DNA from: Octopus vulgaris
Lineage: Eukaryota
Reading direction: 5' to 3'
Length of the DNA stretch: 64,000 nucleotides
NCBI GenBank assembly: GCA_951406725.2
Contig: OX597815.1
Location: 54,994,001 to 55,058,000, forward strand
Within the stretch, counting starts at the first letter, position 1. Each line of letters begins with the position of its first letter. The notes beneath the pieces were generated by a model. That model did not search any database, had not been told where the DNA came from, and saw only the letters and a program-made list of their open reading frames with translations. Below are positions 60,740 to 64,000 of this stretch, in pieces. The position numbers were made by a program, and so were the translations under genes.

Positions 60740-61089
60740 TGTATATGTATGTATATATATATAAGTATGTATATGTATGTATATATGTATGTATGTATAT
60801 GTATGTATATGTATATGTATATATATATGTATGTATATGTATATATATATGTATGTATACATATATATATGTATGTATATATATATGTATATGTATGTAT
60901 ATATATATGTATGTATATATATGTATATATATATGTATATATATATAAACATATGTGTATATATATATATATGTATATATATATGTGTGTATATATGTGT
61001 ATATATATATACATATATATATATGTGTATATATATATATATATATATGTATGTGTATATATATATATATATGTGTATATATGTATGTG

Positions 61090-61120
<31 letters not shown>

Positions 61121-61239
61121 GTATATATATATATATGTGTATATATGTATGTGTATATATATATATATGTATGTGTATATATATATATATGTATGTGTAT
61201 ATATATATATGTATGTGTATATATATATATATATATATA

Positions 61240-64000
61240 AATCCTTAAATCCTTAAAAATGTTTCAGCCCGAAGTCCGCGTCCATGAGCTACACTAATAT
61301 GTGAATCCACCTCTGATACGTGGCGCTTGGTCAACAAGGGAGTTCGATGCCGCTGCCTGCATCTGTGTCTCCTGTCGTGAGGTAGGTTCATCTGGGACCC
61401 CCGACAAGAAGAGATCCAGTTTAGTTTTAAAGACACCCACATCCACACCATGCAAGTCTCTCGGGCATTTAGGGAGTTAAAGAGCTGTGGTCCTCTGAAA
61501 CTCAAGCTGTTGCAGTATCTGGTCCTGTATTTTGATGGTGATGTTGGAATCTTTGGCACCATCCAGTGGGGCCCCGTTCTGCGGTTGGGGTAACTTTGAA
61601 TGCCAAAGTTTGGGACAAGACCCTCCAGAATTTTCCAGGTGTATATCACCGCATATCTCTCCCGCCTTCACTCTAGGGAGAAGAGTTTTAATACTTTCAG
61701 TCTTTCCCAGTAGCTGATATGTTGCATTGAGACGATCATCTTTGTGTAGCTTCTTTGAATTGCTTCGAGTTCTGCTGTTAGTTTTATATTTTGTGGTGAC
61801 CATAGTTGGGAGCAGTAGTCCAAGCGGCTGAGGATGAAAGTTTTCCACAGGATCATCAGTGTATCCATCTCTCCTGTTCTGAAAGTTCGGAGAATCCATC
61901 CAGCTAGCCGTCTGCATTTTATCACCAGATTAGTAATATGCACTTGGAAAGATGCATCATTGCTCATGTCAATGCCCAGGTCACGCACTGATTTTGACTC
62001 AGGGATTGCAATTCTTCCCAGGCCAGTGTATCCAGTCTGCATGTCGTTTACCTTTGTGTGCCAGTAGCGCAGGGCCTGGAACTTACCTGCATTAAACTGC
62101 ATGTTGTTGTCCTCAGCCCACCTGTATATTGTATCCAACTGCTGTTGCAGATGTGCAATATTTCCAGAGTTTTGTATAGTGTGGGAGACTTTTGCACCAT
62201 CTGCATAGCTAGCAAGGGTGGCCATCTTAGCAACTGAGGGCATATCTGAAAGGGCCACTATGAAGAGCAGTGACCCCAAGACAGTGCCCTGTGGAACACC
62301 GCTTGTTATTTGTGTTTCCTTGGAGGTGGCTCCATTGGTCACAACTGCATGCCTCCTATCTTATGGATAGGGCATATTACCCCAGAAAGCTCTGAAAAAG
62401 AAGCTGTAGCGGTTTTACAAGGGCTCGTTTGCACGATTTGAGAAGGATCGCTGGAAATTCATCAGGTCCAGCAGCTGAGTTTGTGTCAATCTCATGGCGA
62501 GTGTGATATCATCATCTTCAATGTTGATGTACTCAATTTTTGCCTCTTTGGCCGCAGGTAAAGTGGCAAAGAATTCTTCTGGGTTGTTTACTTGCCTGTG
62601 TCCTAGAGGTGTAGTGAACACACTTTGGAACTGTTTGGTCAGTATTTCACTTATCCTCGTGGGATATCCTGTGAGAGAGCCATGTTTTTGGAAGAGAGGT
62701 CCTATTCTCTGTTGCACTGTGGCTGTCTCTTTGGCAAACTTGAAGAAAGCTTTAGGGTTTGACTTTATATTTTCTATTATCCAAGCTTCTTTATCTGCTC
62801 TCTCCTTTTCATGAGTCTGATGCAGACTTTTCTTAATTTCCATTAGCATTCTCTCGAGCCGAGACTTCTCACCACTTTTGGTGTGCTTGCTCAGGCGGTT
62901 CGCAATCCTTGTCTGTCGTCTCATAAGAATCTTCCTTTCTCTAGGGATCCTGTTTTTGTTTTTGTGTGTGCTGGCCTTTCACACTGGGACATATTTGTCA
63001 TATATGGCTTGTATTATGGACATGAAGTGTTTGTGTTTCATGTTAATGTCCAGTGTGGAGAGACATTTTGTCCAATTCTGTTTGAGGATCTCTTTCTCAA
63101 TCAACTTCCAATTTGTTTTATGAAAGTTTAAGTTGGAGAGATTGTGGATGCTTCGTATAGGCTGTGTCTGCGGGGGCTTTTGGTCCATACATAGACAGCT
63201 CTATTATGTTTTGATCCAAAATCATTGTCGCCATCACTTTAACATTATGGATAATATCCATATCGTTTGTGAAGCAGAGATCCTGTATATTATCTGCCCT
63301 TGTTGGTTGCAGCACTATTTGCTCCGTGAAAAAGGCATTTGTGAGATGGAGCAAGGACTCTGCCTGTGCCTGCTGATGGTGTGTCATCCCTGGGAGCATC
63401 TGCCCCACAGACCATTCCACATTGGGGAAGTTAAAGTCATCCATGAAGAATACACTGTTGTGTTGTTCCAGGTTGGTGAGAACTTCTATTTTTGTTAGGC
63501 TGTCTTCAAACATGCCTGTGTGCTTTGGGGCATCCGGTGGGCGATATGTAGTACATATGACGATATTCAGTTGTCTTATGTGTACAATTTGAGTGTCACA
63601 CACTGAGTTTGAATATGACATCAGGACCTGGGGCGTGAGGTCATCTCGGATGTACATTGCAACTCCACCATGGCTCCTCACTTTTCTATCTGAGCGTATG
63701 ACAGTATATTGCGGTATGTGTATTTCTGCATCCCCTATATCGGGTCCAAGATGCGTTTCTATGAGTGCCATGCATATAGCTTGATTTCATGCCACAAGGT
63801 CTCTCAGGAATGAGATTTTCCTTTTACAGTTGCCACGCAGCAGCCCTCCTACGTTCAGTAGAAATATTTTTGTGATGTGTGTTGGTGTCTGTTGGTGGTG
63901 GTCTTATGTGGTGGTAGTTCCAGCTTTTTGTTTGTAGCCAGGTTAGCTGCTGAACAATTTTTTTTGCCGTGCACAAAAAAGATTACTGCTCAGCTGCTGC
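61240..64000 (-). mobile_element. Decayed CR1/L2-group LINE related to family A (APE + RT), runs off window end
   Basis: ETHL and YRPP (63118-63771), GVPQG and YADG (61668-62342), internal deletion near 62360, frameshifts, short tandem tail at 61240. Confidence 0.9.

Overview
AT-rich animal genomic DNA; the repeat families suggest a cephalopod, probably Octopus (inference). The only host gene is six + strand internal exons of mitochondrial Lon protease (LONP1; AAA+ module to the start of the protease domain) at 297-30532. I see no next exon, so the last ~33 kb appear to be one intron. The introns are packed with transposons: several CR1/L2-group LINEs (one full-length with an intact 1005-aa ORF2 and an unusual Myb/SANT + polyQ + 2xCCCH ORF1), three Penelope-like elements (one intact RT + GIY-YIG ORF, one with ~1.8-kb inverted arms), RTE, Tc1/mariner, pogo/Tigger, piggyBac and hAT remnants, and SINEs. 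Most retroelements sit inside very long (TA)n arrays. The main unannotated signal is nine minimal type I hammerhead-ribozyme-like motifs with palindromic helix III, most with a compensatory U3-A8 core. They lie near the ends of Penelope elements and of small non-coding TA-embedded inserts. All folds were read by eye and none has been tested for cleavage.
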